NCBI RefSeq assembly: GCF_009914755.1
Contig: NC_060932.1
Length of the DNA stretch: 64,000 nt
From: the human T2T-CHM13v2.0 reference genome, Homo sapiens
Strand: one strand, 5' to 3'
In this document: positions 29,982 through 44,290 of the stretch, one piece after another
Layout: every line of letters starts with the position of its first letter
Position numbering within the stretch: position 1 is the stretch's first letter
Notes under the pieces: generated by a model
Databases searched by the model: none
Seen by the model: only the letters and a program-made list of their open reading frames with translations
Told to the model about the DNA's origin: nothing
Translations under genes and position numbers: made by a program

Positions 29982-32900
29982 GTATGCACATTCCATAACA
30001 GTTTACAGTTTGGCCACATATGATCTTTTATTAGGTTCTGTATGCTATCACTTCTGATAATAAGTTCAACACAAACAAAAATGTTAGAGAATGAAGAATT
30101 TGATGGGCACCATTATACTTGAGGCCTTCTCTGTTTTGGCAAAGTGATGCATGTTATTTTTGAAAAACTGGAGAATATAGGTTCTCTACACATGCATTGG
30201 AGATCATGCCCACATTTTTGTGACTAATGCACCACATCTGTGTGGAAAGTAACATATTCCCAGAAATTTTTTCCAAGTATTGTGGCTTTAGTTTGCCAAA
30301 GCTTCAACTTAGCTATGTATCAAATTGTCTAACGGTCCATTGCAGAAATAAAGAACCTGTGTGACCCTTTCTAATGATAAGCATTCGATCTTTTCAAACA
30401 AACAAACAAAAAAAGCAGCGAGATGAAATATGTGAGTACAATACAGTCTTAGTTTTTTCCTCTACTCTTTCTGACTTTTTGATTCACTAAAAAGTACTAG
30501 ATAATGGATTTTTAAATCAATTAGAGAGCCTTGATTATTTTAATAATTTTTTAACTTTTATTTCTTATCAGAAATAAACCAAACCAAAAAAAGGGATGAA
30601 GCGTAAGTCTATGATAAGTGGCATATTTAAAATGGGAAACCTGTCCATGTCTGCTAGCACAAAAGTAACTTCACAGAATATTTGGATGATAATATGTTCA
30701 ATGATTTAAGAACAAATCACTTCTGCTTCCCTTACTGATTTTAGTGTTATATTGTATTTCCATCAAGTTTGTGTTGCTATTTAAGCTGAAACATTTCCCC
30801 ACATTTTGTATATATTACATTTGTGTGAGGCTGGCTACCCGAGAGAAACGGTGCTTCATCCCCCACTGACCTCCTTTTGGGATGGAGCAGTTAAGGGGAA
30901 GAGGAGCTTTTGTTCTCTAACTTAAGAATTTGTATGAGAATAAATATTTTTCTTTATATGCATGAAGACCTATACAAGACCAAGGAATTAATTACCTAAC
31001 ATGGCACTATAATAGCAAAGGGAAAGAAGATAACACATCTGTTTTATGTTTTAAAAATATTTTTTAAGGGCATTCCATGGTTTTCTTGTTGCAAAGGACA
31101 TGCGTAAAATAAGAGCTAGTGTGATCTAAATCTTTGCAGCTGGTTCAAATAGCCATGTGAAAAAAAAGACCTCTATGGCTCCAATTTCTGTTTTTTGGTT
31201 GTATTTTGAACAATACATTTAATAAAAAACAAACCTAGAAAATATAAAAGAATCATTGATAGAACATTTAAACCCAGGATATTTTTGTCTTGGTATCAGA
31301 ACCATTATAAGGGGACTCATGTGTAGCAACTACTGCAAAATGGCCTTCAGAAATACCAGTTTCCTCCCAGGGTAAAAATACTCTCTTAGACACAGCTATA
31401 CATATAAATAAAATATGGTGCATAAATATTTAAATGTTTTAAACCACATCAGAGTGTGAATGACTGACTGGCTAACATAGTGCCTTGAAGGAATATTCTG
31501 AGTTTTTTTAATGGAATTGTATATTTGATTAAGTAGAGCCATATGTCACGTAGCATATTGCTGACAGGTACATTCTATGAATAGTTGGTTCTGATTTATA
31601 CAGGGATTTGGCAACGTTAACATGAGCCACAAGAGGATATACTTCTGTAATTGTTGCTGTAATTTTCTTGTTTCCTCTCATGTCAAGGGTACTTGCCACC
31701 AAGTTTTAATGTGGTAGGCACCTAACCCTGTGTATTCTAAAGTAAATATGAAAGTGCACTACTTTGAAATTATAGGACATTTGACATTGAAATGGGCTTA
31801 CAAAGGGTTATTGAGTTCATTGTTTCTAAGATGTTCTGAATGTGGTTTATCCCCTTTAGAAGCGGAAGTTTAGTTTCCCAAACTTGGATTTTATTGTGTG
31901 TATACTGCTCACATATAGTGTAATTGCTGCCAGTGAAAAATATGAATTTAATAAGCAAGCAAAGTGATTTTAGTTCTCCACATACCTTTTATCGGATTCA
32001 TATTGGAGACAAGTCATTTTTCCCCAGTGTGGATGGACCAGACAGTTGAAGCATGAAACAATTTGGCCTTCCACCTTTAGGTCATAAGTTCAAGATTAAC
32101 AGAAGCCTTCATCAGTGTCTGATTTCTCTGGCTATAGATTTTCTTTTCCCTTTTATAAATGATGACTGTTTTGTGAAAACAGATTAAGGATCCAAAATGC
32201 CATTTGCAATTTGTTTTATATTTCTATGTCACTTTCCCAGATTTGGACAAAAAGTATTAAAAGGGTTTTTTTCTTAAATTAAGGTTACACTTATGTGTCT
32301 TCTCTTACACCAAAATGGTGTATCTGTTTAACTGCAAATGCTTGTATGACACTCCATGAAACTTAAATGTGGATAAGCCATCTTTTAATTATGATTCCAA
32401 GTGAGCATTCTGAGGCTCAACATCTATGATGTGACGTCAAATACATGTGAACTTTTTAATATTACAACAGAATTTAAAACATTCCAAGAAATGCTTAAAC
32501 TTATTACAGTTATAATGAACTCCACAGATGAAGCAGCAGTAGAGAAATAGTTCCCTGAGGACTTTGAATATTCTTTAGAAAAATGTAAACAACCCCCTTG
32601 TGTTCTTTAATTTACATTTTTTCCTAAAACCCTCATCATTTATTAAAGGTCAGTTTTTAGAGATGAAGAAAGTAATATGATGTTTTTTTTCTGCTCAAGC
32701 CCCATCTGGTAACTTAACCTCTGTGTTACCAGCAGATTGATCCCAATTCATTATGAAAACTGAATTTTAATCTCAGGATGTGTAACTAAGTGGGAGATTG
32801 GAATCATATCCCTTTCTTCATGTCTGTACTCGCACTGAAAGGAAAGAAAAATGTTTACAAGTAGAGCAGTTCATGTTGATTATATAATGCTCAATGGAAA

Positions 32901-33199
32901 AATCTCATCAAAACTAATTACATACTATGATTCCAGTTTGATTGAAGGTTTGTAGATAAATATATAAAAAAGGATTGGATAGGACAGACTAGAATAGTAA
33001 CAGGCAGGACATTCAGAAGGGAAAAACTATTTGAAGAAAATTCACCAAAATGTTAATAGTAGTTATTGCTGAGTTTAAAATTAAAGATTTTTAAAAATCC
33101 ATACTTCCTGTATTTCCTAATTTTTCCCTCCCCTTCTTCTCCCCTGTATTTTCTAACTTTGTACAGTGAATATATAATTATAATTTTACAAATTAAATC

Positions 33200-33720
33200 T
33201 ACCAAAGTTTTCGTTTGTTTATTTCCTAAGTATTTATCGGCTAGGCATTATGCTGGATACTGAAGATAAAACTGTAAAGAATAAAAACTGTAAAGACGTG
33301 GTTGCTGCCCTTCTGCAGCATACAGTCTAATTATGGAGACAATATTGAACCCATAATGGTACAAATTAACAAGTGCTCTGAAGGTGAAATATAGAATCTT
33401 ATGTAAGCGTAAAATAGGAGAACCTACCTTGACCTTGGGAGGATCTCAGAAGGCTGCTCTTAAAACCAACCTTAAAACAGGAATCTGGAAGTTGAGTAGA
33501 AACAAGTTGGTCAAGCAAGAAATGGAGAAAAAGATGTCCAAGCAGAGGGAAGGCTCTGAGGCAGGAAGTAGTTTGATGTGTTGGATGAGTTGGAAGGAGG
33601 TCAGCGTAGTGCTGGAGGAGCTGGAAAAGGCTAGTGGAGCTGGAGTGTCCTGAGCAAATGCCCTCAGCAAATGGAGAGTAGCTCAAGATGCAGTTGGAGG
33701 CATGGGCAGGGGCTGGGTAA
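33200..33720 (-). mobile_element. L2 fragment
   Basis: aagtatttat...ctaggcattatgctggatactgaagata...ctgcccttctgcagcatacagtctaa. Confidence 0.6.
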
Positions 33721-35264
33721 GATGATTCATCTAAAACTCAACAGCAGTCAAGTTTTGAAATCATTGCTACCAATTAAAATCCATAGTAGAGAGTATTATG
33801 GTAGATGACAGATGCTTGTTGTTATGAGTACTTTGGTCTCACTTAGCCAGAAACTCTTTTGGCGATTAGTGTGACTATGAAGCAAGGTTCGGTTCAATGG
33901 GAATAGATGGATGATGTGAGAGGGCTTAGAAGTCCTCAAGGGCCTCTGGAAGAATAAGGTATGTCAGGGCCACTTCACCACCTGCAGCATAGAGCCTGCC
34001 CACCTACTTCAAGGGCATTCTGGATGATTAGGAGTAGATTCTGTTTCCCAAGATGAGTCTGTACCCTAATGGGTACAAGTCTGGTCATGGCCCAGGCTGG
34101 ATTCCAAGTACATTCATCTGTAGTCTCCTTGGCTTCATGCCTCCTCCGTACTTGAATCACAATGCTTCTGAGTTGTATCTCTGTTTACTCCCCCACTTCT
34201 CAGTAAAGTGGCAAATGATGGAGTGTGACATTTTGACATTATTTAGATCCATAGCCAGGAAATAGAGGCCAACTGGAGAAGCATCAGTTACATGTTATCT
34301 CCCATTATCTGCAAATTAATTAGCTACTTATGATGTTTTTCTTATATTCTCAAGTTAATCATTTATTTAGCATTCTTTTAGTTTACCAAAAGTATGTTTA
34401 TTCTTTTTAAGCCATAGCCTAACCAGAGTGATAAAAGAGTAAGCAAGGAAATACTTTATTACTTTGCCAGTGTTTTAATGTAACAGCAACCAATGGAGGC
34501 ACCATTAAATGAGAAAGGAGTTATCAACAAAGGAACGTATTATTAATTTGCTGCGCTTTAGCTGACTAATGAAGGATTTTAGCTGACTGATGACTTAGCT
34601 GAAACAAATACTGAAAACTGTTTCAACTAACATTATTTCTCAAGAAAACTGCAACTTGGCTTACACTGACTCTGGAGTTGATCTGTTTTGTATGTTCAGC
34701 CTCTTAACAATAGAGGGAAAGTTATGGTTTTATTTACATCTCTCACTGAGCAGATTTACACACACACACACATATCCACCCTCCCTCTTAAGGGATCTGG
34801 GGATGTTTTACCTAAATGATTCTTACTTTCTGTAGGGTACAAACTGTGGCTTTGGTAATTGGTCTTGATTGTTGAGTTTAGAAGCTGGGAACATGGTAAT
34901 TCTAGCCTCCAGTACTCTGCTCAAAAACGTGCACTACCCAGTACAGCACTGTTTGTAGCATGTTAATTCACTTTAAGAAATGTTAAAAGTTTGAGGGATC
35001 TCATTGTTCTTTTACTCTTCAGCGTGTATGATTTATTTTGAGGGAGTATAAATCAAAACACATTCTTGGAACATTTAAAATCTCTTAAAGGTATTTTTTA
35101 TGTGTGTGCTTATCCTGGCAGTATAGAATACTTTGTATACCAGAGCTAATGACAACAGATCTTTTAGGGTTTCTGTGTTGTAACAATCGCCACTGGGCAG
35201 ACAGCTGCCAAACATCTTACAATTAATCCGATCCATGTTGGCTTTCGTATCCTTTTTCTTTCAG

Positions 35265-35426
35265 AACAAATGCCCTGAGGTAGAGGAGTTGGTCTTCAGC
35301 CATTTTGTGATCTGTAATGACACACAGGAGACACTGCGGTTTGGCCAGGTGGATACTGATGAAAATATTCTGCTGGCGAGTCTCCACAGTCACCAGTACA
35401 GCTGGCGCTCTCACAAATCCCCACAG
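35265..35426 (+). CDS. VPS13B: VPS13B internal coding exon (162 nt, phase 0 to 0): NKCPEVEELVFSHFVICNDTQETLRFGQVDTDENILLASLHSHQYSWRSHKSPQ
   Basis: cctttttctttcag acceptor; CAG|gtattt donor at 35427; open frame. Confidence 0.95.
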
Positions 35427-35639
35427 GTATTTGAGAAACACCCTTACAAACAGCCATTGTTAAGGTTGGGGATTCATTTCTTCTGCACTTGTGTGCCTGT
35501 CCAGTTATTTCCCTTTTTAAGTCTCCGAAGGAACCACACAGCGTAGCTACATCTGACGGAAACCCAAGAGTGTTTAGAGATGGGAGCACACGCTTCTCTT
35601 GGAATGGAGCATTTTCCTGTTTAGCACTGGTGCTTGGGG

Positions 35640-36020
35640 CGGGGGCAGCAGGGTGTGGTGATGAAGAGGCTGACTCGAGAGCCAGGTTTGGATCCTAGCT
35701 GTGTGTAACCTTGCTCTACTTTCTGTTCTTCAGTTTTCTCATATGTAAAATGGGATAAAAGTAGTACTTATTTCATAGGGTTATAAGGACTAAGTGAATT
35801 CATATGTATAAGGCATTAATACATAAGCATTGTGTTCGGTATTATTATTCATTTGTTTCTTCAGATTTTTTTTCTGTGTGTGTCCTTGGTAGCAGGCACA
35901 TGCTAGGCACTGGGAATTCAAAGACAGGTAAGTCACAGGCCTTGCCCTCTGAGGACAGCTCACAATCTGTGATACAATGACAGTGAAAAACTATGTCCAA
36001 GGGAGCACTGAGAAAAGACA
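35640..36020. mobile_element. MIR followed by an L2 3' fragment
   Basis: ctgttcttcagttttctcatatgtaaaatgggata (MIR core); caggcacatgctaggcactgggaattcaaag...ccttgccctc (L2). Confidence 0.6.
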
Positions 36021-39000
36021 CACCAAAGGATGTCTGTTTTCCAAGTAGTGTAATTTCATTTTCCTGTCCCTTTAGATGGGAATAATTAGAGATATGTGTC
36101 CTGTAGCGATAATATGAAGATGAATTAAATACAAAGATGTAGTCTTAAGTGAGCAAAAGAAATCCTAGGAAGTACTCTCGAGAATAATGTATTTGTTAAA
36201 CTCTGGGTAATAAGAAAACTACTGCCTGCTTGTGATTAAAAGAAAGTCATTAGATTAGAGAACAAGTTTTCCCATCTGGTCTCTAGACCAGCATCAGAAT
36301 ACATTATACCCCTTGGGCTCCATCTGAGGGTAGCTAGATGCTGATTTCTTGTTTTTTCATCAGATTGCCACACTATTGGTATACAATTTGGAAAAGTAAA
36401 TATAATGCAGTATTTCTTATTTAAATATATTTAGTTCACATTAATCTGACAGGACACTGAAATACATGTCTGTTTTTCATAAAAATTTTTTCACATGATA
36501 TGGTATTGCATTCATATTTTTAGGGTAAATCACATACCCTTGTTTTCTAATTTTCCTCTTTAGAAATGTCCATGTTAGAAGTATTTAAGTTGTTTTCCTC
36601 GTGTAACATAAAGGATGTTTTATTTGTTTCAAATTCATCTATGTTTAATTTTTTTTCCTATGGACTACAAAAGTGAGAGCATACAGGTATACTGACAAAA
36701 CCAAACAAAAAACACCTATAATTCCAACCACCTAGAGAGAACTCATGTTAACACTTCCTGTATAACCTATTAGATCTTCTAAGTTTCCATTGTCATTGCA
36801 TTCCCAGCAATGAATTATGTGGGACAGGAAAGAAGCCTCTGAGAAGCTGCAGTAACATGTAATTGTACACTGTACCTGTAGCCACTTTACCGATGCACAC
36901 ACAGCAAGCTCCAGGCCTTAGCCGGTAGAAAGCAAAGCAGAGGAAGCTTAACTCTCCAGTCATTTGAAGATGCATAGCTTGCATATCCCTCAGAGACCCT
37001 CAGGATTCTCTGGACACTGGAGCCAGGATGGGAAGGGTGATCATAAGAGAACAACTGGCTCAGGAGTGTGGGGAGCAGTAGTCTTCATGCTATAGACATA
37101 CAGTTTCTGGGTGGAGAGGAGGTCAGCAGGAAAGAATGAATAGACAACCACTGTCACCAGCACACCTTTCATTTTCATACTCATTTGCACTATTTCAAGG
37201 CCTTTTTGTATTTATTACAAGTTTTATATTCACAGCATTCCTGTGCAGTATTATTTGTTATGCATATTTTATAGATAAGGAGACAAATAGAAATGTTAAG
37301 TTAGGTAGTGGCAGAATTAGGACTGAATTCCTTATCTTTTAATTCTCAATACAGTGTCACTTCAATGTTGTCTCACTCCCCTAGGTTTTGGCAGCATGAT
37401 TTGTCTGTTAGAATAGCCAAGCTTTGAAGTTTGAAAAGAAGGGCTGAGAAATCACTGGAATGGTAGGCCACATCTAAGGCTAAACTAATAGGGGATTCTT
37501 AGTCCAAGTATGAACCCTTGCAAAGTCTTAACTGTGTTACCAAAAATAATAGGAGCTTCTTAATCACAAACTCTAAACATAAAACAGGTATCTAATAAAC
37601 TTTGTTTTTTCTTTTAAATTTGTAACTGCATCTTGTGGATGCAACTTTTAAAATAAGCTGCAGTCATTATAATCTTCTTAAGACTAAAACCTAGATAACC
37701 TAGATAATATTTATAAAAAACGACGTCTTCTTACTATATTTCTGTATGCTAATGTAAGTGGGTTTTAGGACCCTCTGAAGCCAGAAGCCTTAATGGGCCC
37801 AGAGGGTCTTCATGGGATTCCTTACATTCATTACATTCACAGTTGAAAATTCTGCTGTGTTCTAATGAGAGGCTACATGAGGATCAGAAAAACTAGCCAC
37901 TCAGTTTCAAACTGCACCTGGAGCTTGTCATAGATGCACAATTGAGCAAAATATTCCTTTTTCCAGACTCCAAGTCATATCCTGCATTGCCCAGCAAGCT
38001 TTGTTTTAGGAACATTTGTGTCTGCATGTTTATGCTACCTTGGGTGTTAGTCAATTCATAGTCTCAGGGAGGATTTCTAAAGTTCACGGAACTTAACTCC
38101 ACTAAACAATGTAGCTAACATTGCAGAGATCAAGAAAGTGGCAGTGACACCTGGAAAGGTTTCAAAGAGGTCAAGATATCTTAAAACCACACAAGAGGTT
38201 GCTAACAACAGTAAGTCCCAATAGGATGAAGAGAAACATGGACACAACCAATTCTAGAAATCCAAAGCTGACAAACCTTTTAGAATTGAAAGTCATAAAA
38301 TGCTCCTTATAGTTTCTAACACATGCTCTGGGGCAGAATCACTTAACATTCTGGATATCTCACAACAGTTTCTTGCCTAAACAAACAAAGGAAGAAGAAA
38401 ACTATTTCCTAGGGAATAATTGAATATATTCAGCTGCACAGAATCATAGATGCCATCACAAAGGGCTCTTAAATATTCCAATTCAGTAGACTTTAGATCA
38501 GGTTGGATGAGAACAATAACCAGCAAGGGACTGGTCTTCAAAGAAGTATGTCACATTATGCTACGTTGAATCTAGGGACCAGAAGTGTGAGTTTATAGAA
38601 TGTTTCCCCAAAATATAGGCAGTATATGCAGTTCATAGTCAAGGGAGGCTTTGTTTAATTTAGACAAACCAGCTATAGTGACATCTCCACCAACTGGTAG
38701 GATTTATATAGAGGCTGTTTAACTTCCTTTTCTAGTTAATAGAGAGCACTGTTGGTTAAACTGCTTGGAATAGTATTGCCTTTATCTTGTATGTAAGGAT
38801 TTACACTTGCTTTTAGCCTCAAACATGTATAATTTATGGGTTATGCATTTTTTTCAGAATTACAGAATTCTAGTTACCAATGACTTAATTGTGGTAATCA
38901 AACCATCAAGCAAGTGGAAATAGGCTCTAGACAGAGCTATGGAAAATAATAAAACATTTATCCAAAATGAATATAACGGAAGTTTCATAAGCTTATGAAA

Positions 39001-39024
39001 AAATAGCAAATATTTAAAACTACA

Positions 39025-39360
39025 GGTCAGGCATAGTGGTTTATGCCTGAAATCCTAACACTTTGGGAGGCTGAGGCAGGAGGATTACTTGAGGCCAGAA
39101 CTTCTCAAGACCAGCCTGGGCAACATAACAAGACCCAATCTCTATAAAAAAACTTAAAAATTTAAAAATCTAAAAATTAAATTTAAAAATTTAAAAATCT
39201 CCACAAAAAAATTTAAAAAGTATGTGTGGTGGCACATACCTGTAGTTCTAGCTACTTGGGAGGCTGAGGCAGGAGGATTACTTGAGCCCAGGAGTTCAAG
39301 ACCAGCCTGGGCAATATAATGAGACCCCATCTTAAAAAAAAAAAAAAAAAAAAAGCAAAA
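39025..39360 (+). mobile_element. Alu-family dimer made of two FLAM-like arms with an expanded AT-rich linker
   Basis: Both arms end ...aagaccagcctgggcaa...agacc; the second arm lacks the right-arm insert. Confidence 0.8.
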
Positions 39361-39467
39361 TGTAACAAGGTAAAATTAATTTTGATGAGCAGCAGAGCAT
39401 CTTGGAAATATTCATTAAACAGAGTGACACATAGTGACAAAAATATAAATCCTATATTACTTTAAAG

Positions 39468-39789
39468 CAGAGGTGGCAAACTTTTCCTGTAAAGGGCCAG
39501 ATAGTAAATATTTTAAGCTTTCAGGATTTACAGTTTGTTGCAGCTACTCAACTCTGTGTAAAATCAGCCATAGGTGATATGTAAACGAATGAGTGTGGCT
39601 GTGTGCCAATGAAACTGTATTTATGGGCAATAACATTTAAATTTCATATAATTTTCAAACATCACAATTACTATTCTTTTGATTTTTTCCATCCATTTAA
39701 AAATGTAAAAACCATTCTCTGCTCACAGGCTATCCAAAAATAGGCTACATGCCAAATTTGGCCTATAAGCCTAAGTTTGCCAACACTTG
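39468..39789. mobile_element. MER58B-like hAT-Charlie DNA transposon
   Basis: Terminal inverted ends cagaggtggcaaact / agtttgccaacacttg; TSD-like CTTTAAAG / CTTTAAGA. Confidence 0.85.
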
Positions 39790-42147
39790 CTTTAAGACTT
39801 CTCAGTTGATCAAATTCAGTAGACTAAAGGTTTGATTTAAAATTGTTTTCACTCTGACCTCACTGGTATTCCTATCATTTGAAAGCTTGGTACAAAGTTC
39901 CAGAAATTGAGAAATGACAGATAATAGTTAAAATCTAACTTCTATGTAATTAACCTGTACTCACCAAATTACAGAAAATATTTTTATTATACTCATTCTG
40001 GTCCTAATCAGTACATAACAGAAAGTTCTCCAATTTTTGTTTTGTATGTAACAATATTTTAAAACGAGACCTGGTAATTTTTTCATTTGTCTAAAACGGA
40101 AAGCAACAGGTTTTGAGTATCTGCCTATCTTTTAGTAATTCCAGCCAGTTGTCAATTTCATTAACTAGACTGTAATTCTTAGTTACTATGCTTTACAAAT
40201 CCGTTTATATAATGCATGTATACATATATATTTAGAGAAAGAGCATATTTCTTGTTGCCACAGTAACAATTTAAAAACTTAAAAAGCCGACTTGGGGGAC
40301 AAAGAAATACTCTGTGTTGCCAAAGCTGATAAATTTTTCAAGTGTTCTCCTATGTGTGCATGCATGTTAAAGTTTGTTTAGAAAGGGCAAATGAATAGAC
40401 ACTATTACACACTGGAGTTGCTAATGGAATTGGTACTTTATTTCTAGAAAGCAATTGGGTAAGAAACTTCAAAGCTATTAAAATTATTGTAGATTTTGAC
40501 CCAGTAAGTCTCCCAGTAGTAATCTACCCACTGGAGAGAAGGCAAATTAAAACAAAGATTTTTATACCATAAAAGTTAATCACAGTTTGTCACAAAATAT
40601 TTAAAGCACCAAAATGTTCACTTTTAAGGAGTTAAGTAAAATCTGGCATAAGACTATCTTATAGATATTTTATGGGATCTTTACATTTTTACATGGAATG
40701 GAGGAAGTCCTACCTATCATATCATATCATATAAGTCAGAAAAGCAGAATATGAAATTCTATGTATACAATGTGATCATAACAACACACAAGCAAATGCA
40801 CAAAACATACTGGAAAAAGACATGTCAAAATGTTATCAGTGGTTGCCTCTGAATTTTGGGTAAGGTGATATTATTCTATTTTTGTCACATTTTTATGTAC
40901 TTTTCAACTTCTTATTAAGGAGAAAGAAATTAAATTTGAGACATTAAGCACCCCCACACACACACCCAAAACTCACATACAGACTAAAAGGAACTTCAAA
41001 TATTAATTCTTAGGAACAGCACCAAGTGTAATGATATATCAAGAGTGATTATCTTTATTACTTCTTATACAAACTATTGCAATAGTTTTTCTCAATTGTT
41101 CTCTTAGTTAACAGTTTTGCCCTGTTTTAACTCTGATTTATCTCTCAGACTACAGCTCAAGCAATTTTCCTAAATACTTTGATTGTTACACTTTCCTGTC
41201 CAGAAACCATCACATGCTACACCATGATTTATTAAATAATATCCAAATTATCTGACCTCCAAGGGCTAACTCAGTCTTTTCACAGGCCCTCCTGCCATTA
41301 TTTCTCTGTAGCTGTTTATTTAGTCTCCCTCACATTCATTTTTTTAATCAGTATATTTTCATGTATTACTTATTGCGTTTAAATATATACATTCTTCTAA
41401 GGAACTTACTGTCTATTGAGGGACCCAGAAAAGTAAAAAATTATTATAGACATGACATTGTCTATCAGTCTATCAGGATATCATTGCAGTAGTTCAGGAC
41501 AGAGAGAAATGAGGGGTGAATAATGAAAACACTAGCCATAGGGAAGAAATGCCAGGGAATCAGGAAGTAAAATCAATTGCATCTGGATATGAACAAAGTC
41601 TTAATGGGAACCCAAAGGAAATGTTTCCAAATCCAACATGAGGATGGGAAGCTGGCAAGGCTTCCAGACAGAAGGGATATTTGTATTACACGTTAATGCC
41701 TTGGAGTTAGCTAGGCCAGTGAAGTGAGGGTGGAGGCGATATTCCAGCTAAGAGGACCAACATGTGTGAAAGCCACAGAGACATGAAACAATATGGCACA
41801 GAAGGATAACTTGACTAATTTGGCTACAGTGTAGAGTACATGTGTGGAGCTGCAAGAGGGGGAAGTAGGCTAAGGCCATGAGGGCTCCTGTATGCTGTGC
41901 TAAGAAGTTTTAATACCGTCTTGAGGCCATGATAGCACAAAGGTGTGATAATCTACGTACCCAGAGAGATCAAAGTTAGCTTTCCACAGAAGCTAAGTTT
42001 GAACAGTAAGTATAGGTTGGCCCAGCGGATGACAGTGGAGGAGTACACCAAGAAGAACAAGGGAGGTATATATAAACAGCAAGTTATGGTCAAGGGATTT
42101 CAGGTTTTGTGCAGTGTAACTCAATCATAAAAATTGCAGAAGAGATA

Positions 42148-42340
42148 TGTGCTGGTCCACTGGCTCTTAGAGTGGTAGTGGTGGGGAACCCCTGATTGTA
42201 GGGATGGCCAACTTTCATGGTGTAAATACTCCAAAGCTTATTTCAGGCTACCAATGGGTTGACCACCAGTTTGCAAAATCTCTAAACACTTAATTGCTGG
42301 TTTTCACAAACAAGTATGAGCCAGCTCCAGCACACCACTG
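42148..42340. mobile_element. MER63-like hAT-Blackjack element
   Basis: catggtgtaaatactcc...tttcaggctacca...gagccagctccagcacaccactg. Confidence 0.7.
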
Positions 42341-42629
42341 TCTGGCAGAGTTGTGTTCTCAAGAGCCTGGGAATCCATTTCAAGAAGATATACATCTATG
42401 TGATGGGCAGCTCTTGGCTACTGAATGAGTTTAAGTAGAGGAATGCCAGGATCACAGATGTATTTCAGAAAAGTTCTACTAATGTATTTGAGAAGACGGT
42501 CTAGAGAAGATTGAGAATACAAACAGAGACTACTATGGTCACTGCTGCGTAGTGCAGGAGTGAGAGAGATTATAGTAACTGAGCTAAGACAGAGTAAGGG
42601 CATTAAATGATATAAATGCCTAAGAAACT

Positions 42630-43325
42630 GATATTTCTGTGAATAACAGCAACACATTCTGAACAGAACTTAAAAAAAAAAAAAAAAAAAAAAACTACCT
42701 GAAGGCTCTGGAGACTAAACAAAGGCAGATTTTGGAGGGGAGTCAAAATTTTGAGCAAGTAATTTGCAGGATGACTTTCCCATTTTTTTGGCTTTGCCTT
42801 GAGGGCAACTGCAGTCACGGCAGCACAGGGGTGGCCTATCATCTTTCTGGCCCAGGGTACCAGGGGAAATAGCCTAGGCATCCTAGGCTGCTAGAGTGTG
42901 AAGAGAAAACCCTGGAGAGGAGAAAGCCATAAAATGGGAACATAATATTTTTAAATGTAGCCCAACTGTTCAGCTGACTGCTGAACCACACACATGCATG
43001 GGGCAAACTGAATGCAGTTTGTACCCAAGGCTTAAAGAAGTAAACTAACCTGAGCTGCTGCTCACCCAGGTATGAGAATTTCCAGTTTGAGTCTAAACAA
43101 GTTAGTTGCCTGTTAACTACAAACATCAACACTCTTTGGAGCAGTCATAAGAGAATCCAGATTCTCCACAACAAAACATGTACAATGTCCATAATATAAC
43201 CCAAAATTACTTGACAGATAAGAGTCAGAAAAAAAAATGTTAACTCAATTTCCAGGGAAAGACAATTAATAGATGCTAATCCAAAGATGACCCAGATGTT
43301 GGCATTATCGGACATGTACTCTAAA
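42630..43325 (+). mobile_element. Old L1 5' region fragment
   Basis: aaagacaattaatagatgctaatccaaagatgacccagatgttggcattatc; continues as an ORF1 piece at 44245-44470. Confidence 0.6.
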
Positions 43326-43329
43326 GTGT

Positions 43330-43876
43330 CTGTGTCAAAGGTGAAGGGATTTTACAGATGTAATTAAGGTCCTAAATTAGTTGATTTTTAGTTAATCAAG
43401 AGAGAAAATCTTGAGTGGGCCTAATTTAATCAGATTAAAAACCCTAAAAGAGTGATCGGACCCTTTTGTAAGGAGAGAGAGGCATAGAGGCTCCTGCTGG
43501 CCTTGGGAAGCAAACTGTCATGTTCTGATGGCCTATGAAGAGGGTCCTGGGGCAGGGAGCTGTGGGAGGCCTCCAGAACCGGAAGATGGCTGCCAGCACC
43601 AGGCAGTAAGAAGTTAAGGCCCTTGTCTTACAGCCACAAGAAAATAAATTCTGCCAACAACTTAAGCAAGCTTGAGTAGAGTCTTACCAAGTCAAGCCTC
43701 CAGATCAGAATGCAGCCAACTGCAGCTCATTTGGAGTCTTATGAACCCTAAACAGAGAACGCAGCTAAGCTATACATGGACTCTTGACCAACAGTCACTG
43801 TGAGAGAGTAAATGTGTGCTGTTTTAAGCTGCTAAATTAGTGCTAATTTGTTACAGAGCAATAAAAACATAATAGA
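43330..43876 (+). mobile_element. MLT1 (MLT1D/E-like) ERVL-MaLR LTR
   Basis: gattttacagatgtaattaaggtcc...aattctgccaacaac...aaatgtgtgctgttttaagctgctaaatt...ttgttacagagcaata. Confidence 0.82.
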
Positions 43877-43877
43877 T

Positions 43878-44290
<413 letters not shown>

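Noticed and set aside
29777-30019. 80-aa antisense ORF over the 350-nt exon
   Set aside because: It is a shadow ORF on the strand opposite real coding sequence.
32432-32439. Full CRE palindrome TGACGTCA
   Set aside because: A single 8-mer with no CpG island or promoter context is plausible by chance in 64 kb.
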